Origin: Vicugna vicugna
Lineage: Eukaryota
Reading direction: 5' to 3'
Length of the DNA: 64,000 nt
Assembly: GCA_013265495.1 (NCBI GenBank)
Contig: MU058241.1
Coordinates: 496,001 to 560,000, forward strand
Positions 29,125 to 40,975 of this stretch are shown here, in pieces. Numbering within the stretch: position 1 is the stretch's first letter; every line of letters starts with the position of its first letter. The position numbers were made by a program, and so were the translations under genes. Under the pieces are notes generated by a model. It saw only the letters and a list, made by a program, of their open reading frames with translations, did no database searches and was not told where the DNA came from.

Positions 29125-29430
29125 AGGTATGAAAAGTTTTACCTACGTGGAAGCTCACTAAAGAATCATCCAGAGTTTTAACTGGGGGCTGGTCACATAG
29201 GCACCCTATGCCTAGCTTGCACTGAAATTCCAGACTCCCAGGAGAGCAGGCTTTCATCCTAAAGCATGTTGTTTGTGCACACAATTTAGCGCAGTGAGCC
29301 ATTTTTATCAGGAATGGTGGCAACACTTCTGAACCCCACGTTCTCAGGTGCCAGCCAAGGGCTGACCTTGCAAGTGGGATTTTCTCGGAGAGCCGTCGCC
29401 GCTCTGCCGTGTTAACACCTTTCTGCATGA
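29125..29430 (-). mobile_element. MER21-like LTR fragment
   Basis: gggggctggtcacataggcaccc...tgccagccaagggctgaccttgcaag...gttaacacctttctgca. Confidence 0.7.
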
Positions 29431-30114
29431 CCGTCGTGTCTCTTGTGTGTGGCCCCTGCTGATACAGACCTCCGGATCTATCTCCCATCCTGCCTCTCAT
29501 TGAATCGTATGGTCTGTCTACAGGAACCACCTCCATTCCCTGAGAAAACCGTCTGTGTTCTTGCTCACCTGTTCTCACTCTTTCTTCTGCCTGTGATGTA
29601 GTGGTGATGAGTTATTAGCTTGATAAGCTAATCTAAAATACTACCAATCACTCTAGACACAGATGTGGGCTGACTTAACAAAAGGCTGATGTTCTTGAAC
29701 ATTCATGTTTGGAATGTTCGTGTTTTCCAACGTGAATGTTTTGTGTTATATTTTGAAATAGGTATGTTTTTACACAGATTTTACTATCACTTCATTTTAT
29801 AGATGATGCCATTAAGATTTCATTCTGAACCCTGTCCTGAAATTTGTTTCATTTTCTTCCGATCATTCTTTTAAAAGGATGTATTGAAATGTAGTTATGT
29901 AATAACCAATTACTGCTAACAAATACTGTTATTTTTTGCTTCTGATTCATTAAGGAGATTTACACTTTCTGCTTCGCCGCACTCTTTAGTGTTTTTTTCT
30001 CCCCTTGTAATATGAAAATCAAACATTAGATTATTTTTTGTCATAGTAACTCCTCTCTTTATGGGCTAGTTGTAATTTCTCCTCAGTGCACAATTTCAGA
30101 GCATAACAGAGTAA

Positions 30115-30802
30115 CATGTGTTGGTGATGGTGTGAAGAATTTAGAATCCTCAAGCACTGCTGGTAGGAATGTAGGAAGGAGCTGCTGCTTTGGAAAACAC
30201 TGGCATTTTCTCAAAAAGTTAAACATAGAGTTAAACATAGAGTTTCCACATGACTCAGCAATTCCACTCCTAACCATATCCACCCAAGAGAAGGAAAGAA
30301 CATGTTCACAAAAAAAACCTAAATATGAATGTTAGTAGCAGCACGTTCATAATAGACCAAAAGTGGAAACAACCCAAACGCCCATCAACTGATGAAAAAA
30401 AAAAAAAAAACAACAGAATGTGGTCTACTTATGTGATGGAACAGTATTCAGCTGTAGAAAGGAATGGAACACTGATTCACACTACAACAGGAATGACCCT
30501 TGAAAACATGCTCAGCGAAAGAAGTAGACACAAAAGACCACATGTTGTATCACTCTGTTTATATTAAATATCCACTATTGGCAGATCCACAGAGACAGAA
30601 AGTAGTTTTCTGGTTGCCAGGGGTTGGGAGGAGGGAGTTGGAAGTGACTACCAATCGATACGAGGTTTCTTTCTGGAGTGATGACAGTATTCTGGAATTC
30701 AGTAGAAGTGATGGTTTCACAACCTTGTGAATATAGTAAACTCCCTGAATTGTATGGTTTATAATGGCGAATTTTATGGTATGTGAGTTGTATCTCAAAA
30801 CA
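30115..30802 (+). mobile_element. L1MB-like fragment (end of ORF2 and 3'UTR)
   Basis: HDSAIPLL and KWKQPKRPSTDE remnants; gatggtttcacaaccttgtgaatata...ttttatggtatgtgagttgtatctcaa. Confidence 0.85.
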
Positions 30803-33800
30803 ATTTGTGTGTGTGTGTGTGTGTGTACATTTAGTTTTATTGTAACAAAGCAACTTGTACACTTTAAACGTTTAAAACTGAGCATCACCCTTCCTTTCCA
30901 GTGAAACAAAAAGAAAATTTTAAAAATAAAACAGGAATAAAAGTACAATAGAGAATGTCAATTGCAAGATTCTCTGGGAAGCACGTAAAAGAATTTTACA
31001 CAGAGGATCTAATGAAACTTTTAAAGAGAAATGAGAACTGGGAACCAGTGTCAATCCTACTTAATTCAACAATTGTGTGATAGTTTGAAGAGTCTTAATT
31101 CAGCAATTAGTGTTTTGATTGTCAGGAGTCCCCAGTCACAGCTGATAATGCATAATAATATACAGTTAGTGATCCTGATAAAGTAACTAGTTTTCTGCAT
31201 GGAGATCTTCACTCTGCTTCCAATATTTTGAAATATTGCAGGTTTTCTCACAGATGCATGAATAGCATGAGGCAAAGACATACCGGGGGCGTTTGGAAAC
31301 CCTCCCTTTCTCCTCTTGCTCCATTACCAATAAAAGTGAGACCTGTGTGTGATGATTGTGCATTAAGGTCAATATCTTTCTCTCCCCTTCCAACTCAGTG
31401 AAGATGTTGTTACATTTTTCATTCTTGCTCAATCTGGTAGCTTGTGTTTGGGCTAAAAACAACTGGTCAAGAAGAGGAATTAATTTCAGACATGCCGCAA
31501 TTAAAACTGCACTTCCAGTTATGGGTTTTTTAAGTCCGATGATGTCAGACCGTAAAGCTAGTGTCTCAGTGTTTCATGCTACTTAAAGAAATGTAATCAT
31601 ACTTTCATATGTTTTCAGTGTTTGTGCTACTTTTTCTTAACTTGCAACTTATGCTTAAAATGCCGTTTTCTTGGTGCTGTGCTATTGGATAAAGTAAAAT
31701 TGCAACAAACTACTTCACCAGTGACAGGGAGCAGTTGGAATGCCTTGACTCTGTAAACAGAGTGCCCGTAGAATAAATCAAATGTCCAAAAATGATGACA
31801 TCTGTTAAAAGATCCTTTTATTTTTGGTTTCTGTTTTTATTATGATGTTATAAAATTAGGCATGCTCATTACAAGAGAGTAGGAATAAACATTTATTCAT
31901 TTACTTAAGCCTCTTACTAAGTTTGCACCGTCTGTCAGACCCAGGGGACAGGAGGATGAATCAGCACACAGAGAAGCTCTTCGTTACAGAGGCATCTGCC
32001 GGGGTACCACAGCGGACCTTTCGTCTCGTCTGTGCGTGCCTCCCGGGTCCCCGAAGCAGGTGATCAGGGATGTCCCCTTACTTCCTTTCTACAGCTTCAC
32101 TTGAACCAAGAACGAACCCAAGAGTGGAGCCATGCATGCATGCATGCCAAGGGTGAAAACTGCAAAAACCTGGCAATTGTATGTGGTCCACCTCTGTTAA
32201 TCATCCCATAAGATTATACATAGATGACCACGAGGTCAGAAAATGTGCTACTTGGGAATTTGGAAAAAAACCTCAAGAGAAATCCGAATCAAAGCATAAG
32301 TCAGCGTTTTAGGGATGGGATTTGACCACAGTTCTACCTCACATGAAACCCTTTGGCAGTAAAAGATGATATGAAGAGCAATACCAAAATAATAAGAAAT
32401 TCTAGAAGGGATAAATCGGAGATATAAATTACATGCGTGATCTCAGAGCCGTTGGGCGTAGCTTTGGATTGCTTCACATAACTAAGAAGAACAGAACTTT
32501 TGTTTTCTGCTCAAGTTGCTTACGGAGTTTCTTGTGTTCTTCTGGGCGAGAGGATGAGAGAGCAGAAAACCGTTCATCCACCATTCGTGGTGGACGAAGG
32601 GTCAGGAACCTAACTAGCTGGGGTGTTCCGCAGGATCAGCCTTTAATGGCCCTGAGCTAAGCACTTAAGGTTTATTATCTCAACTGACCCTTTGAATAGC
32701 CTGCAGACTGGCCATTATTAGTGCCTCCATTTTACAGATGTGAAAACGAGGCTGCAGAGCTAACTAGTTTGATTAAGAACGAATAGTGAGTAATTGGTCA
32801 AGGTGGACATCGTTGATCTTTAATCATCATGACTGGTCTGTTCTCTGGCCAGACCCCACTTTCTCTCCTCCATGATTCTCCTGAGACTTGGGTCAGAGAT
32901 CCCTCTCCTCTTCACCTTTTCTAGAACGCATCGTCTGTCGGTCCTCAAACAGAATTGTGCTGCTGCTTCTCTCTGGAGTGTTTCCAGAGCTTTCCAAGCA
33001 CAGCTTACGGCTGTGACGTACTTAACTGTTACCCTTAGCGAGGAAGTTTTATTGACTTTGTGGGTTTATTCCTGGAAGCTGGCGTACTCACAGGCATGTA
33101 GATGTGTTCAGTAAACATCTGCTAAATGAATGATTGATCAATGGAAGGAATCGATTGAGTAATGTTGAACAAACAGGAATTCTCCATCCTCTGTGTTGGT
33201 ACACATCCTAGAATTAACTTGGCCTACCTAAAACATTGTCTTGAATTTTATTCAAACGTCCCATTTCCTATGAATTAAGTAGAAATCCTCTGTTTTTAGA
33301 TTTTCACTCATTAACAAGTTACATCTCTTTTCATATACCATTTTGCAGTATCAAGTAGAACGAAATCGGGCAGTTTGGATAGTTCACATCTCTTTCAGGA
33401 GCAAAGCTCGCCCAGCCGTTTGCCTACCTGTCTTGGTACTTCACGTAACACTTGCACGGCCGTCTGTTAATGCGCGTTAACTAACAGTTACCTGGCCTCC
33501 AGGGATGCCTTATTCAGCAGGTCACTCGGTTCTTACTATCTTCCACCCAGGATCAAGATAAAATATGTGCCAGAGAACGATGTCTTATAGAGATTCTCAA
33601 GACAGACTAGCTATACGTAAACAAATAAATTACCAGGGCGACCACTTCCTGCCTTTTAGAAAGAGAAGATTTGTTACAGAGGTTGAGAGTGAAGAAAATC
33701 GATCCTTGTTGAACTGATAAATGTCCCTTCTAGATAGTTTACGTGGCCATTAAAGCATAAAGTCGCCATTTTTCCTTATCTGTCAGCTGCTTATTTCCTG

Positions 33801-34392
33801 CATGAGCTGTTTGGGCTTTCTAAATCATATCTGTTGGTCCCTTGCCGAATGCTTGGCTGTTGGGTACATATGGAATAAATTACCCAATGAAAGTCATCTC
33901 AAATCTTTCCAGCTATTTGATCAAGTGCACCTGTAAATCTTGAAGTGCCTATAAAGAGCTGTCTAACAAGCACCTGGGGCACGAGAGACAAAAATCTCAC
34001 AAAGGACGATACTAACTAACTTTTGGAAGGTTGACTCGACTTAGGAAATGTCAATAGTCAGGGAGAAAAAAATCCCCAAACCAAGTCTTGAAATTCTAGT
34101 AAATGGCAACTGCTATGTACACATTTCTGTTACTTTTCATTATTAGGGAAACCTGATGGGGAAACTGATGTGTTATTTCATTGTTTAGAGCAGAAAGGGG
34201 AATTCCTCAGAGTGGAAGGGGAGAAATACCGAGGAAAAAAAGGAACACTCTTTGAAGGCACCTCTTTTCCTAACCATGGGAAAGGCTGCTGGTTCTGAGT
34301 TGCACTAACCTGTGTTAATTGTTCTCCTGTAGAATACTTGTCAAGGTTGCCTGTTTTGTGAAAGCCATAGAGGAGTGTTCAGTATTATTGGA

Positions 34393-34689
34393 TAAATGCA
34401 TGTCATCGCTCCTTCCTACCTTTGCACCCCTGTCTGAAGCACCCATTCTCCCACCTGTCTCGCGAGAATCACTGCCCCCACAAGTATTATTCCCATCCTT
34501 GAAGAGGAAGGCTTTCTTCTTCTGGAGAGCATTTTTAAAAAATAAAATGCATGTCTCCTTCCTACCTTTGCACCCCTGTCTGAAGCACCCATTCTCCCAC
34601 CTGTCTCGCGAGAATCACTGCCCCCACAAGTATTATTCCCATCCTTGAAGAGGAAGGCTTTCTTCTTCTGGAGAGCATTTTTAAAAAAT
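34393..34689. repeat. Tandem duplication, period 146 bp
   Basis: 34409-34543 is identical to 34555-34689 (135 bp). Unit starts AAATGCATGTC at 34394 and 34545 differ by a 5-bp indel. Confidence 0.95.
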
Positions 34690-37600
34690 TTTTTTAACAT
34701 TTTTTATTGATTTATAATCATTTTACAATGTTGTGTCAAATTCCAGTGTTCAGCACAATTTTTCAGTCATTCATGGACATATACACACTCATTGTCACAT
34801 TTTTTTCTCTGTGATTTATCATAACATTTTGTGTATATTTCCCTGTGCTATACAGTGTAATCTTGTTTATCTATTCTACAATTTTGAAATCCCAGTCTAT
34901 CCCTTCCCACCCTCTACCCCCCCGGTAACCACAAGTCTGTATTCTCTGTCCATGAGTCTATTTCTGTCCTGTATTTATGCTTTGTTTTTGTTTGTTTGTT
35001 TGTTTTTGTTTTTTAGATTCCACATATGAGCGATCTCATATGGTATTTTTCTTTCTCTTTCTGGCTTACTTCACTTAGAATGACATTCTCTAGGAGCATC
35101 CATGTTGCTGCAAATGGCATTATGTTGTCGGTTTTTATGGCTGAGTAGTATTCCATTGTATAAATATACCACATCTTCTTTATCCAGTCACCTGTTGATG
35201 GACATTTAGGCTGTTTCCATGTTTTGGCTATTGTAAATAGTGCTGCTATGAACATTGGGGTGCAGGTGTCATCCTGAAGTAGATTTCCTTCTGGGTACAA
35301 GCCCAGGAGTGGGATTCCTGGGTCATATGGTAAGTCTATTCCTAGTCTTTTGAGGAATCTCCACACTGTTTTCCATAGTGGCTGCACCAAACTGCATTCC
35401 CACCAGCAGTGTAGGAGGGTTCCCCTTTCTCCACAGCCTCTCCAGCATTTGTCATTTTTGGATTTTTGAATGACGGCCATTCTGACTGGTGTGAGGTGAT
35501 ACCTCATTGTAGTTTTGATTTGCATTTCTCTGATAATTAGTGATATTGAACATTTTTTCATGTGCTTTTTGATCATTTGTATGTCTTCCTTGGAGAATTG
35601 CTTGTTTAGGTCTTCTGCCCATTTTTGGATTGGGTTGTTTATTTTTTTCTTATTGAGTCGTATGAGCTGCTTATATATTTTGGAGATCAAGCCTTTGTCG
35701 GTTTCACTTGCAAAAATTTTCTCCCATTCCGTAGGTTTTCTTCTTGTTTTATTTCTGGTTTCCTTTGCTCTGCAGAAGCTTGTAAGTTTCATTAGGTCCC
35801 ATTTGTTTATTCTTGCTTTTATTTCTTCTAGGAGAAAATTTTTGAAATGTATGTCAGATAATGTTTTGCCTATGTTTTCCTCTAGGAGGTTTATTGTATC
35901 TTGTCTTATGTTTAAGTCTTTAATCCATTTTGAGTTGATTTTTGTATATGGTGTAAGGGTGTGTTCTAGCTTCATTGTTTTACATGCTGCTGTCCAGTTT
36001 TCCCAACACCATTTGCTGAAGAGACTGTCTTTATTCCATTGTATATTCTTGCCTCCTTTGTCGAAGATGAGTTGACCAAAAGTTTGTGGGTTCATTTCTG
36101 GGCTCTCTATTCTGTTCCATTGGTCTATATGTCTGTTTTGGTACCAATACCATGCTGTCTTGATGACTGTAGCTCTATAGTATTGTCTGAAGTCTGGGAG
36201 AGTTATTCCTCCAGCCTCTTTCTTTCTCTTCAGTAATGCTTTAGCAATTCTAGGTCTTTGATGGTTCCATATAAATTTTATTATGATTTGTTCTAGTTCT
36301 GTGAAATATGTCCTGGGTAATTGGATAGGGATTGCATTAAATCTGTAGATTGCCTTGGGCAGTGTGACCATTTTAACAATATTGATTCTTCCAATCCAAG
36401 AGCATGGAATATCTTTCCATTTTTTAAAGTCTTCTTTAATTTCCTTCATCAATGGTTTATAGTTTTCTGTGTATAATTCTTTCACCTCCTTGGTTAGATT
36501 TATTCCCAGATATTTTATTACTTTGGGTGCTATTTTAAAGGGGATTGTTTCTTTACTTTCTTTTTCTGTTGATTTATCGTTAGTGTAAAGAAAGGCAACT
36601 GATTTTTGAACATTAATTTTGTAACCTGCTACCTTGCTGAATTCTTCGATCAGCTCTAGTAGCTTTTTTGTGGACCTTTTAGGGTTTTCTATATATAGTA
36701 ACATGTCGTCAGCATATAATGACACTTTTACCTCTTCTTTTCCAATTTGGATCCCTTTTATTTCTTTCTCTTGCCTGATTGCTGTGGCTAGGACTTCCAG
36801 GACTATATTGAATAGGAGTGGTGATAGTGGGCATCCTTGTCTTGTCCCAGATTTTAGTGGGAAGCTTTTGAGTTTTTCACCGTTGAGAACTATGCTGGCT
36901 GTAGGTTTGTCATATATAGCTTTTATTATGTTGAGATATGTTCCCTCTATACCCACTTTGGCGAGAGTTTTTATCATAAATGGGTGTTGAATTTTATCAA
37001 ATGCTTTTTCTGCATCGATTGAGATGATCATGTGGTTTTTGTCCTTTCTCTTGTTGATGTGATGTATTACATTGATTGATTTGCGTATGTTGAACCAGCC
37101 TTGTGTCCCTGGGATGAACCCCACTTGGTCATGATGTATAATCTTTTTTATGTGTTGTTGGATTCTATTTGCTAAAATTTTGGTGAGGATTTTGGCGTCT
37201 ATGTTCATCAGTGATATTGGCCTATAATTCTCTTTTTTTGTAGTGTCTTTGCCTGGTTTTGGTATCAGGGTGATGGTGGCTTCATAGAATGAGTTTGGGA
37301 GTATTCCCTCCTTTTCAATCGTCTGGAAGAGTTTGAGAAGGACTGGTATGAGTTCTTCTTTGTATGTTTGGTAGAATTCCCCGGTGAAGCCGTCCGGTCC
37401 TGGACTTTTATTTGTAGGGAGGTTTTTAATTGCTATTTCTATTTCCTTTCTAGTGATCGGATTGTTCAAGTGTTCAGTTTCTTCTTGATTCAGTTTTGGT
37501 GGACAGTATGTTTCCAGAAACTTGTCCATCTCCTCTAGGTTATCCAGTTTGGTTCCATATAGTTTTTCATAATATTCTCGTATGATATTCTGTATTTCTA

Positions 37601-37975
37601 TTTTGTTTGTTGTAATTTCTCCATTTTCCTTTCTTATTTTGCTAATTTGTGCTCTCTCTTTTTTCTTCTTTGTGAGTTTGGCCAGAGGTTTGTCGATTTT
37701 ATTTACTTTTTCAAAAAACCAGCTTTTGGTTTGGTTGATTTTTTTCTGTGGTCTTGTTAATCTCTATTGTATTTAATTCCTCTCTGATCTTTATTATTAC
37801 CTTCCTTCTGCTGCTTTTTGGGACTTTTTGTTCTTCTTTTTTTAATTCATTCAGGTGGTGGGTTAACTTGTTTATTTGAGATTGTTCTTCTTTTTTGAGG
37901 AAGGCCTGTATCACTATAAACTTCCCTCTTAGCACTGCCTTTGCTGTGTCCCATAGGTTTTGAGTGGTTGTGCTT
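34680..37975 (-). mobile_element. Young 5'-truncated LINE-1 (~3.3 kb): most of ORF2, 3'UTR and poly(A)
   Basis: 11-bp TSD TGGAGAGCATT at 34669-34679 and 37976-37986; T-rich tail and reverse-complement AATAAA at the left end; ORF2 stop-free throughout. Confidence 0.97.
35013..37975 (-). pseudogene. L1 ORF2 remnant: reverse transcriptase and C-terminal CCHC region; endonuclease domain absent
   Basis: 838-aa ORF 35013-37529 with [26 protein letters not shown] and [18 protein letters not shown]. The frame stays open upstream to ~37740. One extra base in the T7 run at 37739-37745 joins it to the TTTQNLWDTAKAVLRGKFI segment that ends at the truncation point. Confidence 0.93.
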
Positions 37976-38288
37976 TGGAGAGCATTCTCTGAGCCTCCCT
38001 GGGGGAAATTTCTCCGTCTTTTTTCCTTTGTTCTGCAACTTGCACGTTGGAAACCATTATGGGCACCTTTGTTACAGTGCTTTGCTATGTTTTGCAGCAT
38101 CTGTTCCTTCCATTACATGTGGTATTTGCATTCCCAGGGTCTAGCAGATAGTTTTGTTAAATAAGTAGCAAATGAATGAGAGACCTAATGAGTGAATAAA
38201 GATGAGATGTCCTTTATTGCCTTTCTCATTGACAATCTCATTGTTCTTGTTCTGTGCCTGTCCCAGGAAGTGCACGGTCACTGAGCAT

Positions 38289-38735
38289 GGGGTTGCCAGA
38301 TTTAGCAAAACTAACCCACGTCTTACCATGCGATCCGGCAGTTGTGCTCCTTGATGTTTACCTCAGTGAATTGATACGTTGTATCCACGTGAAAGCCTTC
38401 ACAAAAGTGTTTAAGCAGCTTTATTCATAACTGCCCAAACTTGGAAGCAACCAAGATGGAACTCTAATTTAAACTATGGACTTCGGGTGATGATGATGTG
38501 ACAGTGCTGGTTCATTGATGGTAACAAATGCATCTTCTGGTGTGGGAACAGACAGGAGGCTGTGTGTGTGCTGGGGAAGGGGACACATGCATGTGGAAAC
38601 TCTATGTCGTTTCTTCTCACTTCTGCTGCTAACCTAAAACAATTCTAAAAAGAAAAGTCTACCCAAAAATTCAGGCAACCCAATTAAATGTGAATTCAGA
38701 TAACAACGAATTCCTTTTTGGTGTCAGTACCGTGC
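38289..38735. mobile_element. MER53-like MITE interrupted by a plus-strand L1 fragment (~38312-38660)
   Basis: ggggttgccagatttagcaaaa at ~38289 resumes as aaaaattcaggcaacccaattaaatgtgaattcagataacaacgaa at ~38664; the intervening sequence has L1 motifs (gcagctttattcataactgcccaaacttggaagcaaccaagatg). Confidence 0.65.
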
Positions 38736-38736
38736 A

Positions 38737-38776
<40 letters not shown>
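38737..38776. repeat. (TG)n microsatellite
   Basis: ~17 perfect TG units after gtgcg. Confidence 0.95.
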
Positions 38777-38783
<7 letters not shown>

Positions 38784-38804
38784 ACTTAGCATACTGCTAA
38801 GTCT

Positions 38805-39032
38805 TGTTTGTTTTAATTGAGACATAATTAACATACCATAAAACCACCATTGTAAAGTGTCCAGTTTGAACACTTTTAGTGTATTCATGAAGGTCTATAA
38901 CCATCACCACTCTCTATTTCAGAGTACTTTCAACACCTCAAAAAGAAATGCGACACCCCTTAGCAGTTCCTCTTCATTTCCCCCTCGTTTCAGAGACTGG
39001 CAATCACTGACCTACTTACTGTCTCTATGGAT
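38805..39032 (-). mobile_element. L1MB-like 3' end
   Basis: ttttaattgagacataattaacataccataaaacc...ctggcaatcactgacctacttactgtctctatggat. Confidence 0.75.
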
Positions 39033-39104
39033 GGGGGACTTGTTGTTATTTCAGGCCCCCTTGAACTTAGGGATTTCTGTTTCTACATCCCACCTCAGAA
39101 ACAC

Positions 39105-40975
39105 AAGAAAATCCTAATGCTACTACCAGAAAACTACTAGAGCTCATCAATGAACCTGGTAAAGTTATAGGATACAAAATGAACACACAGAAATCTGTTG
39201 CATTTCTATACACTAACAATGAAATATCAGAAAGAGAAATTAAGAAACAATCTCATTTACCATCAAATCAAGAAAGAATAAAATACCTAGGAATAAACCT
39301 ACCTAAGAAGGCAAAAGACCTGTGCTCAGAAAACTATAAGACACTGATGAAGGAAACTGAAGATGACACAAACAGATGGAAAGTGTTCTTGGACTGGAAG
39401 AATCAGTATTGTTAAAATGACAGTACTGCTCAAGGCTATCTATAGATTGAATGCAATCCCTAGCGAATTACCAATGGCGTTTTTCACAGAACCAGAAAAA
39501 AAAATTTCTAATTTGTATGGAAACATGAAAGACCCCAAATAGCCAAAGCAATCTTGAGAAAGAAGAGAGCTGGAGGAATCATGCTTGCAGACTTCAGACT
39601 ATACTACAAACCTACAGTCATCAAAACTGTGGTACTGGCACAAAAAAACAGACACCTAGATCAATGGAACAGGATAGAGAGCCCAGAAATAAACCCACAC
39701 ACTTATGGCCAATTAATCTACAACAAAGGAGGCAAGAATATACAATGGAGAAAAGACAGTCTTTTCAATAAATGGTGCTGGGAAAACTGGACAGCTGCAT
39801 GTAAAAGTACGAAAGGGGAACATTCTCTAACACCATATGCATAAGTAAACTCAAAATGGATTGAAGACCTAAATGTAAGACCAGATACTCTAAAACTCCT
39901 AGAGGAAACTGTAGGCAGAGCACTCTTGGATGTAAATCACAGCAATATTTTTTTTTATCCAGCTCCTGGAGTAATGGAAATAAAAACAAAAATAAACAAA
40001 TAGGACATAATTAAATGTATAAGCTTTTGCACAGCAAAGGAAACCATAAACAAAACGAAAAGAAAATCTACAGAATGAGAGGAAATATTTGCAAATTATG
40101 CTGCTGAAAGGGATTGATTTCCAAAATATATGAACAGCTCATAAAGCTCAATTAAAGAAAAAAATTAAAAAAACAACCCAATCAAAAAACTGGGCAGAAG
40201 ACCTAAATAGACATTTCTACAAAGAAGACATCCAGACAGCCAACAGGCACATGAGAAGGTGTTCAGTATCACTAATTATCAGAGGAATGCAAATCAAAGC
40301 TACAGTGAGGTATCAACTCACACTGGTCAGAATGGCCATTATTCAAAAGTCCACAAATAAATGCTAGAGGGGGTGTGGAGAAAAAGGAACCTTCCTACAC
40401 TGTTGGTAGGAATGTAGTTCGTGCAGCCACTATGGAGGGCAATATGGATTTTAGATTTTAAAAAATCTAAAAATAGAATTACCACATGATCCACAATCCC
40501 ACTTCTGGACATATATCTGGAGAAAACTCTAATTCGAACAGATACATGCACCCCAGTGTTCAATAGCCAAGTCATGGAAACAACCTAAATGTCCATCAAC
40601 AGATGACTGCATAAAGAAGCTGTGATGTACAGAATACTACTCAGCCATAAAAAATAATAAAATAATGCCATTTGCAGCTACATGGGTGGACCTGGGGATT
40701 ATCATACTGAATGAAGTAAGTCAGACAGAGAAAGACAAATATCATATGATATGCTTATATGTGGAATCTTAAAAAATGAAACAAATGACCTTATTTACAA
40801 AACAGAAAGAGACTCTCAGACATAGAAAACAAACTTGTGGTTACCAAAGGGGAAAGTGGGGGAGGGATCAATTGGGAGTTTGGCATTAACATGTATGCAG
40901 TACTATACATAAAATAGATAACCAACAAGGACCTACTGTATAGCACAGGGAACTATATTCAACATCTTCTGAAAA
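39105..40975 (+). mobile_element. Moderately old L1 (ORF2 3' half and 3'UTR), decayed; no poly(A) retained
   Basis: ORF fragments [12 protein letters not shown]...IKYLGINL and [44 protein letters not shown], with multiple stops and frameshifts. Confidence 0.95.

Noticed and set aside
28979..29578. 199-aa minus-strand ORF
   Set aside because: Runs through a MER21-like LTR and a TG-rich tract; non-ATG start; no protein-like features.
35515..36990. Plus-strand ORFs of 186 and 118 aa
   Set aside because: Antisense shadows of L1 ORF2.
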